64,000 nt of DNA from the NCBI RefSeq assembly GCF_964355755.1, contig NC_092670.1, positions 114,201-178,200 of the forward strand, given 5' to 3'. Positions 13,127 to 25,425 of this stretch are shown here, piece after piece. Source of the DNA: Antedon mediterranea (lineage: Eukaryota > Animalia > Echinodermata). Under the pieces are notes generated by a model, which was not told the DNA's origin, did not search any database, and saw only the letters and a list, made by a program, of their open reading frames with translations. Both the position numbers and the translations under genes were made by a program. Position 1 is the first letter of the stretch. Each line of letters starts with the position of its first letter.

Positions 13127-14230
13127 CTAACACATCATAAGTTGAAGTAGGAAATTTTTCGGTTGTTCCAATGTGGTTCTCGTAATGCGTAGAAGGTTGA
13201 GGTATGTATTCTTTTTCGGTAGTGGATGCTTTGGTTGTTCCAATGTGGTCCTCGTAATGTGTAGAAGGTTGAGGTATGTATTCTTTTTCGGTAGTAGTGG
13301 ATGGTTCGGTTGTAACAATGTGGTCCTCGTAATGCGTAGAAGGTTGAGGTATGTATTCTTTTTCGGTAGTAGATGTTTCGGTTGTTCCAATGTGGTCCTC
13401 GTAATGCGTAGAAGGTTGAGGTATGTATTCTTTTTTGGTAGTGGATGCTTCGGTTGTAACAATGTGGTCCTCGTAATGTGTAGAAGGTTGAGGTATGTAT
13501 TCTTTTTCGGTAGTGGATGGTTCGGTTGTTCCAATGTGGTCCTCGTAATGCGTAGAAGGTTGAGGTATGTATTCTTTTTTGGTAGTGGATGGTTCGGTTG
13601 TTCCAATGTGGTCCTCGTAATGCGTAGAAGGTTGAGGTATATATTCTTTTTTAGTAGTGGATGCTTTGGTTGTAACAATGTGGTCCTCGTAATGCGTAGA
13701 AGGTTGAGGTATGTATTCTTTTTTAGGTGTGGATGGTTCGGTTGTTCCAATGTGGTCCTCGTAATGTGTAGAAGGTTGAGGTATGTATTCTTTTTTGGTA
13801 GTGGATGCTTCGGTTGTTCCAATGTGGTCCTCGTAATGCGTAGAAGGTGTAGGTATATATTCTTTTTTGGTAGTGGATGCTTCGGTTGTAACAATGTGGT
13901 CCTCGTAATGCGTAGAAGGTTGAGGTATATATTCTTTTTTGGTAGTGGATGCTTCGGTTGTAACAATGTGGTCCTCGTAATGTGTAGAAGGTTGAGGTAT
14001 GTATTCTTTTTTGGTAGTGGATGCTTCGGGATTCAATCCATTGCAATAGCGTTCAACTGTTCCAGCATAAGGACAAGAAATTCCACTGCCATCGTCTGTC
14101 GCGACAAACCACTGTCCTTCTGGACACGAATATCGTCTTACTATGTTAGACATACATATAAGGCCTGACTGGCAATCCTGGTCATCATTGTAGAAGGCTA
14201 TCACAGTTGTTTCTAGCGAAGCACAATGGC
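13127..14230 (-). CDS. Mucin/peritrophin-like protein exon 6 (CBM14-like domain 4 + ~12 x 24-aa Thr-rich repeat)
   Basis: ttttag|...|gtaagt, 1104 nt, phase 1-1; HCASL...DCQSGLIC...SCPEGQWF...SC...YC, then TTEASTTKKEYIPQPSTHYEDHI(G/V) repeats. Confidence 0.88.
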
Positions 14231-14864
14231 CTAAAACAAATTGAAATGTTCACCGTGTCACCTTTAGTCAGTAAGTATTCAAGAATGTGGGATTGTGATC
14301 GATTTATAATTTCATTCATTTTCTTTTCATTGATAATCGAACATGTAAAAATGTCAACATATATAATAGGGTATAGTTGCGTACGCTAAGTGTTTTGATA
14401 ATGGAACAACAGGTAATCAAAATAGAATGGAGAAACATTGGTTAAAGAAACACGATTGCAATATCTGATAATATTACTAAGTTAATGGCTGTATTATATC
14501 AGTCAAGTAATCAGATGATGTTTTGCCCAAACTCTGAAAATAATAAATTGTGATAATAGGCCCACTTATGAAGTATAAGGGGCTTATTTATGAACAAGTT
14601 TTCGGGTAGATCTCGAACGCAATCTAGACCCATAGACTGGAATAATTGATACCTCTTACCACCAAGCTTTGTTCTGATTATTAGTGTTATATTCAAAATA
14701 AGCAGCAAGTATTACAGCAATATGTTGTTAGTAATACCAAGTAGTACCTGTAAATGATTACATCATGGAATGCCAGGTGATTTCCAACTGAACTTCATAG
14801 TTGTGCAAAGCATTATCTTATAAGATGATTATTATACAGCTAAAATATCCGTTAAAATACTCAC

Positions 14865-16940
14865 TTTCCAAAGAACTATAGTCAGTTGTTACATCAATGT
14901 GGTCCTCGTAATGCGTAGAAGGTTCAGGTATGTATTCTTTTTCTGTAGTGGATGCTTCGGTTGTTCCAATGTGGTCCTCGTAATGTGTAGAAGGTTGAGG
15001 TATGTATTCTTTTTTGGTAGTGGATGATTCGGTTGTTCCAATGTGGTCCTCGTAATGTGTAGAAGGTTCAGGTATGTATTCTTTTTCGGTAGTGGATGGT
15101 TCGGTTGTTCCAATGTGGTCCTCGTAATGTGTAGAAGGTTGAGGTATATATTCTTTTTTGGTAGTGGATGCTTTGGTTGTTCCAATGTGGTCCTCGTAAT
15201 GTGTAGAAGGTTGAGGTATGTATTCTTTTTTGGTAGTGGATGGTTCGGTTGTTCCAATGTGGTCCTCGTAATGCGTAGAAGGTTCAGGTATGTATTCTTT
15301 TTTGGTAGTGGATGTTTCGGTTGTTCCAATGTGGTCCTCGTAATGCGTAGAAGGTTGAGGTATGTATTCTTTTTTGGTAGTGGATGATTCGGTTGTTCCA
15401 ATGTGGTCCTCGTAATGTGTAGAAGGTTCAGGTATGTATTCTTTTTCGGTAGTTGATGGTTCGGTTGTTCCAATGTGGTCCTCGTAATGGGTAGAAGGTT
15501 GAGGTATATATTCTTTTTTTGTAGTGGATGCTTTGGTTGTTCCAATGTGGTCCTCGTAGTGTGTAGAAGGTTGAGGTATGTATTCTTTTTTGGTAGTGGA
15601 TGGTTCGGTTGTTCCAATGTGGTCCTCGTAATGCGTAGAAGGTTGAGGTATGTATTCTTTTTTGGTAGTGGATGTTTCGGTTGTTCCAATGTGGTCCTCG
15701 TAATGCGTAGAAGGTTGAGGTATGTATTCTTTTTTGGTAGTGGATGGTTCGGTTGTTCCAATGTGGTCCTCGTAATGTGTAGAAGGTTGAGGTATGTATT
15801 CTTTTTTGGTAGTGGATGGTTCGGTTGTAACAATGTGGTCCTCGTAATGCGTAGAAGGTTGAGGTATATATTCTTTTTTGGTAGTGGATGCTTCGGTTGT
15901 AACAATGTGGTCCTCGTAATGCGTAGAAGGTTGAGGTATGTATTCTTTTTTGGTAGTGGATGCTTCGGTTGTAACAATGTGGTCCTCGTAATGCGTAGAA
16001 GGTTGAGGTATGTATTCTTTTTTGGTAGTGGATGCTTCGGTTGTTCCAATGTGGTCCTCGTAATGCGTAGAAGGTTGAGGTATGTATTCTTTTTTGGTAG
16101 TGGATGGTTCGGTTGTTCCAATGCGGTCCTCGTAATGCGTAGAAGGTTGAGGTATGTATTCTTTTTCGGTAGTGGATGCTTCGGTTGTTCCAATGTGGTC
16201 CTCGTAATGCGTAGACGGTTGAGGTATGTATTCGTTTTCGGTAGTGGATGTTTCGGTTGTTCCAATGCGGTCCTCGTAATGCGTAGAAGGTTGAGGTATG
16301 TATTCTTTTTCGGTAGTGGATGCTTCGGTTGTTCCAATGCGGTCCTCGTAATGCGTAGAAGGTTGAGGTATGTATTCTTTTTCGGTAGTGGATGGTTCGG
16401 TTGTTCCAAGGTGGTCCTCGTAATGCGTAGAAGGTTGAGGTATGTATTCTTTTTCGGTAGTGGATGGTTCGGTTGTTCCAATGTGGTCCTCGTAATGTGT
16501 AGAAGGTTGAGGTATGTATTCTTTTTCGGTAGTGGATGCTTCGGTTGTAACAATGTGGTCCTCGTAATGCGTAGAAGGTTGAGGTATGTATTCTTTTTTG
16601 GTAGTGGATGGTTCGGTTGTTCCAATGTGGTCCTCGTAATGCGTAGAAGGTTGAGGTATGTATTCTTTTTTGATAGTGGATGCTTCGGTTGTTCCAATGT
16701 GGTCCTCGTAATGCGTAGAAGGTTGAGGTATGTATTCTTTTTTGGTAGTGGATGCTTCGGTTGTTCCAATATCTTGTATATTTTCTTCATAATCGCAAAT
16801 ACCCTCTGCTTGATTGAACACTAATGACCACGGACATTTCATTAACCAAAATCGTTCAGATTCTGAGCATTGGTAATATGTTGAAATATCGTATGGATTT
16901 GCATACAGCCCTTCTTTACCTTCTTCTGGACACACAAATG
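14865..16940 (-). CDS. Mucin/peritrophin-like protein exon 5 (CBM14-like domain 3 + ~26 x 24-aa repeat)
   Basis: aaatag|...|gtgagt, 2076 nt, phase 1-1; CPEEGKEGLYANPYDISTYYQC...KCPWSLVFNQAEGICDY, then 72-bp repeats. Confidence 0.88.
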
Positions 16941-17314
16941 CTATTTAAATAAAAAGTTAGTTTAAGTCATTGACATATTCACATTAGAACCCCTCCTTTG
17001 GGAATCCCCTATTCAGTGGACACCCATCAAGGAGACATCTTCACATGGGATGAGGAGAAATAACACTAACGGTTTGGGACACCCCTATTCAGGAGGACAT
17101 CCTGATCCCTCAAGGACATCTTCACACGAGATGAGGAGAAAGGGGCATTAAAGTGATAATGATATTATGATAATTATATTATTATGTAAGTGGACACATT
17201 CATTTTCGAAATGCTTCTACTTTTTACAATCGCTTAAGTTGGATTTATATTCTGCATAGTTTTCGTTGACGTACGAGATTAACTATAAAAATGTACAAAT
17301 TACTTGGAACTCAC

Positions 17315-17569
17315 GGTCATGTGAAGGCCTAACTGGCATCTTTGACGTAACATCAATTGTTGTCTTTGTTATATGTACTACAGTCTTAACAGCATTACTT
17401 TCTGTTACTACTGTCAATTCATATTGACAAGCGTTTGTCGGCGGATCAAATACCAGACCAGGCTGGCATTCCATGTGATGCACATATCCATGTACACACC
17501 AATAGTATTTATTTGGATCTTTATCGTCTTTGTACATCCCAAAATTTTCTTTATTTTTGCATGTAAAAA
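17315..17569 (-). CDS. Mucin/peritrophin-like protein exon 4 (CBM14-like domain 2)
   Basis: tttcag|...|gtgagt, 255 nt; FTCKNKENFGMYKDDKDPNKYYWCVHG...ECQPGLVFDPPTNACQY. Confidence 0.88.
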
Positions 17570-17952
17570 CTGAAATTAAATTAAAATATTTTTTCACATT
17601 TTTTTCACAGTTGTGTAATTTTGTAAGAATTTCAAAAATTCTCCATGTAGGCCTATGTAAAATTTACCGACACCCAATCTGCACACACGTAAAGAAACAC
17701 TGCTCATTTATACAAGAAGTTAAATAAATAATATTAATTTGGGTGAATGTGCCGATGGAGTAATTACTTCATGATGTGCCAGCTAGAATGTAGACTTATA
17801 TTATTTATCTATGTTATAATTTCTATGGTATGATGTCACCAACCAGATAATACGTCTAATTTCACGGGGCGCAAAATGAGACATGGTGCCTCATAACTTC
17901 AGCCTTTCATCATGATTATGTTATTTCGCACTCCCTAAAATGCGTCTCTTAC

Positions 17953-18222
17953 CTTCAACCTTTTCAGTTGCTTTACTTGTACCAATTTTTGCTGACGTTG
18001 AAATTTGTGTAACCACATCCTTAGCTTGATGTGTGACATCATCAGTGGCCAGTTCTTCGGTGTAGATAGGGTAATCACAGTACCCTCTCGATTCATAGTA
18101 TACTAGATCTGGAGGGTTGCACCGTAACACCACTGACGTCGACCCCAGACAGCTGTAGAAGTACGAACGGTCCTCCGGATCTACGTAATACTTTCCCGGT
18201 ACTTTTCCAGAACAGTCATACG
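17953..18222 (-). CDS. Mucin/peritrophin-like protein exon 3 (CBM14-like domain 1)
   Basis: tattag|...|gtaaga, 270 nt; YDCSGKVPGKYYVDPEDRSYFYSC...RCNPPDLVYYESRGYCDY. Confidence 0.85.
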
Positions 18223-18637
18223 CTAATATTTTAGACAAGTTCAGAAAGTAATATAAATATTATGCCTATATAGAAATGTCCGTTTCATTAATAATCATTT
18301 GGAACTTTTATTGCTTTAATCATCACGCATTTTATTTTATATATTGTGACAGTTTTGAGACAAGTCTCCCGGAGAGGCAAGATAGCAACATAGCCATTAA
18401 GACTAGTAGCTAATTTCGCGACCTCCTTAACTAATATTAATTTACAAAAAACGAAAATCTAAACGTTGCTTAAAATATAGTAAAAGGTTGTTTGTAAATA
18501 CTAAAACATGTATTTTGCTTAAGCTGCCCAGCATTTTTTCATCTCTTTTTTAAAATTTGTTTTTATTTTATGCTGGTTAACTAAATAAATGAAACGAAAC
18601 TTTGAATGATTATTGGCATAAGATGACCATTACTTAC

Positions 18638-18691
18638 TTCGTTGCTCCTCGGTGGTGAAGTAAGGCACTGTTGGCATACTGAATGCTGTAG
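18638..18691 (-). CDS. Mucin/peritrophin-like protein exon 2
   Basis: ttgcag|...|gtaagt, 54 nt, phase 1-1; STAFSMPTVPYFTTEEQR. Confidence 0.65.
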
Positions 18692-19107
18692 CTGCAATAA
18701 CATTTTAATACATTTATGATAGACCTAACATTCAATATAGTTTGTATTCAATATTTTTTTGAGCTCTAAAGATATTCTTCATTATCAGTGGGCCTACCCA
18801 TAACAGTGTACTATGATACTTTCCAATAAAAGTCTCCGTATAATCGTTGTATGGATTTTCCCCAGGCGGTCAATAGGAGTATCCAGGATACAAGGAAGCA
18901 AGATTAATAGCTGGTGTAGTTGACGAGAGCTTGGTATACGCCAAGATTTAATTTGTTATCAGAAACTCGGAAACTATCTTTCAAGATCCTTGAGCTGCAA
19001 TTGATGCGTTTAAAATGTTCGTCGGGAGCAGAAAGCTGTTCACATGTCGGATGTGGCCGCTCTACACTCCAAACGTCTTAATTAAATGAAGGAATAAGTA
19101 TACTTAC

Positions 19108-19150
19108 AAATGAATTCCGTCAGCATTAGAATTCTCAAAACTGCGTCCAT
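19108..19150 (-). CDS. Mucin/peritrophin-like protein exon 1 (signal-peptide-like start); full model ~1486 aa
   Basis: ATG at 19150, MDAVLRILMLTEFI, phase-1 donor |GTAAGT. Confidence 0.6.
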
Positions 19151-19576
19151 TTTAAGTTTCGTGGTGACTTCTTTACTTAATGCACTATTCTGTGACAAAG
19201 TGATAAATACGTACAATTTTGATGTCCAATAATGTGTGGGTTTACAACACACTTCTAGAGCATTTGTATTAGTTGATGGCATACCAACCGTGTACAGTAT
19301 GTTGCCACGGTCTACAATAATACATTTAAATACTTATAGATTATGTCCTATTATGAATAAAAGTATAGAAACTAAAAGAATTTTAATACTGGATTATATA
19401 TAAGTATAAAATATTGTTTTCGGATCTTAGGCAACCAACTAACCGTTCGAGTGCTGCTAATCCGTCTGTTGACTACCCTAGTGCATTCTATCAAAGTAGG
19501 ACAATTTCTGTACTATTATGGGTACTATACATTTTCCGGATCTCAACAACCACTGACCATTATGTTATATTCATAC

Positions 19577-21190
19577 CAGGGGTGGCGCCAGGATCTTCCC
19601 GACGCGGGGGCTACATTCCCCGACGAGGGGGCTATGCGAGCATCACTAGGCTGGGGGCCAGGGGGCCGCCAAGGGCCCCCGGTGGGGGTCCAGGGGGCGA
19701 AGCCCCCGGAAGAAACGCGTTCTAGCGTCATTTGAGGTCATTTTAATCAGATTTAGGGTAGCCATTTTTTCCATTTTTTATAATGCATAAATAAAATACT
19801 GTGTGCAAAAAAACGATGCGCGATGACTGTTTCAATCCATATTTTTCAATTTAAAAAATAAAAGTTCAAAGAAATTTAGAAAAATAGAGTTGGAGGTCCC
19901 GGAAATTGGGCTTACTGTATTATACTTCAAACATGAAACAAAATATATAAGTCCCTATCATGGTTGTGACTGAGCTAAGAAATGTTTAGAATAGAGATGT
20001 TAGGTCCCGGAAAATGCACTTCTTGTACTTCGAAATATGACCAGCTTTATTATTGGGGCTGAGCTAAGAAACTGTTTAAAACTAGAGCTGCAGGTCTTCA
20101 AAAAATTGCATTTTATACTTTGGAAACATCAGGCCTAGAGGTTTAAAAAACGCAAGCGTAGACCTTTTTCAGTCGCGGAAATAAGTTTATTCCTCCCAAG
20201 TGTATGCGTGCGTACCACCATCTGGACTTCCGAGTGGTGAGAAATTCATGACATACAGGACATTGAAAATGTAATAACTTAGATAATAAGATGTTGGCTA
20301 AGCGAAAATGGCATGTTTTTTTGTTTAGTAATGGATGAAAAATTTATTTTAGGTGCCCCACGGTAGAGAAGGTTACTTGTAAATTAAAAAATTGGTGAAC
20401 ATACGAACATTTAACATAATTCGTTTTTGCTGTAGTGTAGCGTACGTCGACGCAGTACACGACGTAACCGTCAGTAAACTTCGCCTGGAAAATAACTACA
20501 GTACACATTTTTGGTCCCTGGATGGAACATGATATCACGCGTCTCGACCCAACGTTGAACGATTCGTACAACAAAGGGATACCGCCAGACAAGTGCGAAC
20601 CTAGCTATTGTTTAGTAGTAAGTTAGATCGCTGGCAAAATAATGGATGCATATAAAGTGCATAATATCACTCTGACGTACTCTCACAGTCAATGAAACGT
20701 CACGGTTTTCTAGGCGCTGAAGCTAGCTACGAAGTGAACGCGAACGCTTTTTACTGTATATTATATTCCCCGACAAAAAGTACCCGTGTTCCCTTCGGTA
20801 ACCGTCGGTAAACTTCGCCTGGAAAATAACTACATTACACATTTTGGTCCCTGGATGGAACTTGATATCACGCGTCTCGACCCAACGTTGAACGATTCGT
20901 ACAAAAGGATACCGCCAGACAAGTGCGAACCTAACTATTGTTTAGTAGTAGAAGTTAGATCGCTGGCAATAATGAATGCATAATATCACTCTGACGTACT
21001 CTCACGGTCAATGAAACGTCGCGGTTTTCTAGGCGCTGAAGCTAGCTACGAAGTGAACGCGAACGCTTTTTACTGTATATTATATTCCCCGACAAAAGTA
21101 CCCGTGTTCCCCGACGGGGGGGGGGGCTAGGCTCCCCGACGAGGGGGCTAGAGCCCCCGTAGGCCCCCCCCCCCGCTGGCGCCACCACTG
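19577..21190. mobile_element. Non-autonomous hAT-type DNA transposon (1.6 kb)
   Basis: 8-bp TSD ATTCATAC (19569-19576, 21191-21198); TIR CAGGGGTGGCGCCAG / CTGGCGCCACCACTG; GC-rich subterminal regions; internal ~330-bp direct duplication (20465-20790 vs 20798-21110). Confidence 0.9.
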
Positions 21191-21478
21191 ATTCATACCA
21201 GGAATCTGTGAACATAATTATTGTTAAATACTTGAATAATAACCGCTATTAACAATGCGGGCACTGTTTCTTTCTTCCTTTTTTATCAGCCTACCACGAA
21301 CGAGTTTTTTAAGAAAATTAGTATATTATATGTATATTTTTCAATTCATTAAAAAAACACAAAAAAAATACTCATAATATACTATCACGAATTTATAGGC
21401 AAACAATACTTGTTATTCTGAATAAATTTCAGGGGAAGGCGGGCGGTTTTTTAAAATTTGTTTCTTCTTAATAGTTAA

Positions 21479-21862
21479 AGATGTATTGTCCCTTTGACTA
21501 GTTTTCGATCAAAACATATCTCATAATGCAACGCGCTTGTTTGGCTACTCTGTATGCATAATCATAAAACTTCCTCGCGATCTGTGTGAAAACACCTTCT
21601 CATCCGTGACGAATTGTAAACAATCCTAATTAGCATCATGCATAATGCATACTCGTGGTTTGAAATCTTTGTTACTTTCGCTCGTGACGATTTTCCAGAC
21701 GAAATGTAATCAAATTAATTTACCTGTTAATTACGTAAACTTTTTGTTTTTGCCTCAAATTTTCGACTTAAAGTGAATAACTTTAATATTACTTTGATAT
21801 GGTCCATTTTAATTTAGAATATTATTTTTTTCATTTTTTGTGTTTCAAGGGACAATACATCT
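21479..21862. mobile_element. Kolobok-like MITE
   Basis: TTAA|AGATGTATTGTCCC ... GGGACAATACATCT|TTAA. Confidence 0.85.
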
Positions 21863-22726
21863 TTAAGAAGTACCGTACCGCGGTAATAGGTCATTGACAT
21901 TGATTCATACTACCATTATGCTACCACACGTCAACTCTAACATGAACAAACAATCACCTTTCAACAAACCATTTACTTTATATAGAATTGTTACGCAAAG
22001 TGTTTTGGGGTTTTTTTCGAATAAAAAAGTGTTAGGGTTAAAAAGATGGGGCCCCCGCCGATAAATCAAGGGATTCGCCTTCGCTCGTCTTAAAAAAATC
22101 TCCTTTCCATTCCGACTTTTAACACTAAAACATATGGCTTAGCACCTTCACTTCTGCTGCCTCTCGCTTATGGAATGACCTAATAAACCCGCCTCTATTA
22201 GATCATGTTCGTCATCTTTTTTTTTCAGATTGAGCTCTTTCATACCTTTGATCACTTACTGCTGGAATAATTGGCGCGTTCTAAATTCGTACTATTATTA
22301 TTATTATATTATTAAGGTGAGGTGCTTTTAAGCAATTCAAACAATTTAGCCTTATAAGTTATAATTTTGTTTTAAAATATAATAGATCTAAACAATTCTA
22401 TGAACAGCAACCGATCCCGAGTAATTGTGGAGATTTGAGTCACGTTGCTCAGTAGGCCTACACTATCAGATCTTCCTATGATACTCCGTGTGAAAACCGA
22501 TGGGCGTTTGGGAATGCCGATAAAAATGAGACTTTGTTGTTGCCTCGTGTGAACTTCTCTTATTCAAGTGGCTGTTACGTCAGAGGAAGGTTAGTTGGTA
22601 GACTACTATAGTGTGAAAGGGAATGCCGATGCAAATGAGACTTTGTTGTCATGTGAACTTCCATTATTCAAGGGGCGTTTACGTCAGAGGATTGTTGTAA
22701 TATCCGTTGTTTATTACCGTCTTAAG

Positions 22727-22905
22727 ATGATTCTAATGCTTAGTATTACAGTCGCGTTGCAGTTTTGCTTTGTTTCATGTTATCATGGTGACAAGAATGT
22801 TATTATTGATCTAAGCTATTCTTACGATGAGGAAACCTTGTTTTGGCCAGGGAGCGATCGTTTTGTTCATACGATTGTTCAGCGGGGTCCAACCGGTGTT
22901 TTCTG
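22727..22905 (+). CDS. Cyclase family (KynB kynurenine formamidase / isatin hydrolase-like) exon 1, with signal peptide
   Basis: MILMLSITVALQFCFVSCYHG then IIDLSYSYDEETLFWPG (cyclase N-terminal motif); donor TG|GTAAGT. Confidence 0.88.
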
Positions 22906-23234
22906 GTAAGTCATTCACGGTTAGGAAAACGCAACCCGTACGTTCAAGATCATTTAGTTGCAACTATTATTATAGCTAGGCCCCTATAGTATTATTATTA
23001 TGATTCTTAAGTTGGCCACATAATAGTAAGCACTATTACCACCAGCTATATGTAGTGTAGTTATTTTATGATAAAATAAATAAATTAATCTTAGTTTTTT
23101 ACAGTTCCCATTACAAACATTGATAGTAAGCGCCTACTACCCGCCCAGAGAGCCAGGCTCTACACATGCACATAGTGGTAAAATTCGATCGAGATTTTTC
23201 CCCCAAAATATTAAAATTATCCTTATAACATTAA

Positions 23235-23578
23235 AGATGTATTGTCCCCCTGAAAAAAATAATTCTTAAAAAGATTTTTGTTGAAAATTCCATTTTAATG
23301 TAACATAATAGTAAGTTATCCACTTTGACCAAAAATTGGATCGAAAAAAAAAATGTATTTACCTGAAAAAATGTAATTTAAAGCAAAAAATGGTCAAATT
23401 GGCTGCCAGCCAATGGATTTTTGGTTGAATTAAACCATTTATTTTGTCATTTTACAAGTGAAAACATTATTTTTTTTTTCTATGGAAGTGATTAACTTTA
23501 TTAAAACTACAAAATAACAAATTCAAAGTCTGATTTAATTAATCTTTATTTTTCATGTTTTTGGGGGACAATACATCT
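23235..23578. mobile_element. Kolobok-like MITE in the cyclase intron
   Basis: TTAA|AGATGTATTGTCCCCC ... GGGGGACAATACATCT|TTAT; related partial copies at ~51635-51895 and (inverted) ~53480-53690. Confidence 0.8.
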
Positions 23579-23750
23579 TTATTGGTCCCTCAAAACATGA
23601 AAAATCAAAAGAAATTATTTCGCTTATTAAAAAGGAAAAATAAAGAGTTAAATTTTACAGATTTAGGCTTTAGGAGGAAAAATGCTAAACAATTGTTTTT
23701 TTAATATGGCCAGTCGTTAAATAATTTCAGATTTTATCTTGTATTTCAAG

Positions 23751-24450
23751 GTATGAGTCAAATAAATTTGAAATGGGCGAACATTCAGGAACACACATAG
23801 ATGCCCCTTCACACTTTTCTGAGGGTAAACAGAGGATCCATGATATACCAAACGAACATTTATTTGGCCCTGGTATTAAGGTGGATATAACAGAAAAGGC
23901 ATCCATAAATTCTGATGCATTACTCGAAGTTGAAGATTTAAAGAGCTGGGAGGAAGAAAATGGCATCATACCAAATGGTGCTATCTTAATGGTGTTTACG
24001 GATTGGGGACGATTTTACCCAAATCGTACAGCATACTTTGGCTCGGATCGTAACGACTCTTTCACAGACGAAAACGGGAAGTCGCTACTTCATTTTCCAG
24101 GGGTTAGTCCAGAAGCTGCCAATTGGTTGATTATTAATCGTGATGTCGTTGGGGTTGGTATTGATACACCATCTATTGACTATGGTCAGAGCCTTACTTT
24201 TTCTACACATGTAAAATTGTATGAACAAAACATATATGGATTGGAAAACGTTGCTAACCTTGATCAGCTGCCGACAACAGGGAGCACGGTTTACGCTTTA
24301 CCTATCAAGATTAAGGATGGCAGTGGTGCTCCAGTTAGACTGTTTGCTGTTGCTGATGATGTTGGTACAAATAGTGCAACATCAATGCCATTCTCCTTCT
24401 TCATTATTTTCTTCTTAAGCATCATATCTCTTTCTTTTAATCATAATTAG
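23751..24450 (+). CDS. Cyclase family protein exon 2 (protein ~292 aa, hydrophobic C-terminal tail)
   Basis: HSGTHIDAPSH = HxGTHxDxPxH metal-binding motif; HFPG, GIDTPSID, ENVANL, GSGAPVR. Confidence 0.93.
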
Positions 24451-24779
24451 TTCATTCTTTCATCATACAATATAATCTGATAATTTTCTGTCGTTTAAGT
24501 GGTTTTTCACTTGGTTTTGTATAAACTATTTAAATGGTAAATGTCTACCCAATTAACCATTATATTTAAATGGTAATGTGTACTCAATTAACCATTATTT
24601 TGTAGTGGGCCTCATATTTTTGTATATTCAAAAACAGTATTTCAATCATATCAGACTGAATTTTCTCAAAGTTGCAAGTACCATAAAAATAGTTCCAAAT
24701 ACTACTACTCTCCTTTCTGACTTTTATATTTTCGGTTTCTCAATAACTTCCAACATTTTTCTTTTTGGTTACTCCAAAC

Positions 24780-25425
24780 TTACTTACTGTAATATTATTT
24801 GGGGTAATACATACCCGTCCTACTTAAACAAACTGTTATTGATCCTTTATTTTCTTCATTTGGTCTTCTTAAAATTCAGAATATTAACCATCTTCAACAA
24901 AGTGTTTTCCTCTATTCATGGCTAAACTCGATCCTGCCATCACACTTTGATGATTTATTTAGTTTCAATCTTAATTTTCATAACCACGGTACTCGGAGCG
25001 CAAATCAAATACGTATTCCTTTTTTTTAAACTACTTCTTTTAAACATAGCATTAAGTTCACTGGTCCTAAACTCTGGGATAACGTACCAGTTAATATAAA
25101 AAGTGCTTTGTCTAAGAAGAGTTTTTCTTTTAAATTGAAACGGCACCTCTTATCTAGTTATGTTTAATTATCCTTTCACTCATTGTAGTTTTGATATTTA
25201 GTCTTTTCGGTACCCTGAAACTAAAAGTCTTCATTACTGTTTTTGTCCTGTTTCCGGTTCCCGTGTTGTCCTGTTTTTATTTCAGTTTCTATGGGCTGCC
25301 TTTTACAAGCTTCGCTTTTTAGGAATGTTGCCCCTCTTATTTTAGTCATATTTACTGTTAATTTTTATTTTCTATGAAAGACAAGAAGAGAAATAAATGT
25401 TACTTTGATTGATTGATTGATTGAT
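24780..25425 (+). mobile_element. Decayed 3' fragment of an L2/Crack-like LINE
   Basis: LTYCNIIWGNTYPSYL remnant, GPKLW-like segment, ends in a (GATT)n tail. Confidence 0.6.

Noticed and set aside
13127-16824. Alternative-frame and antisense ORFs over the mucin repeats (279, 331, 449 and 633 aa)
   Set aside because: Shadows of the 72-bp repeat; only the Thr-rich frame connects to Cys domains and phase-consistent splice sites.
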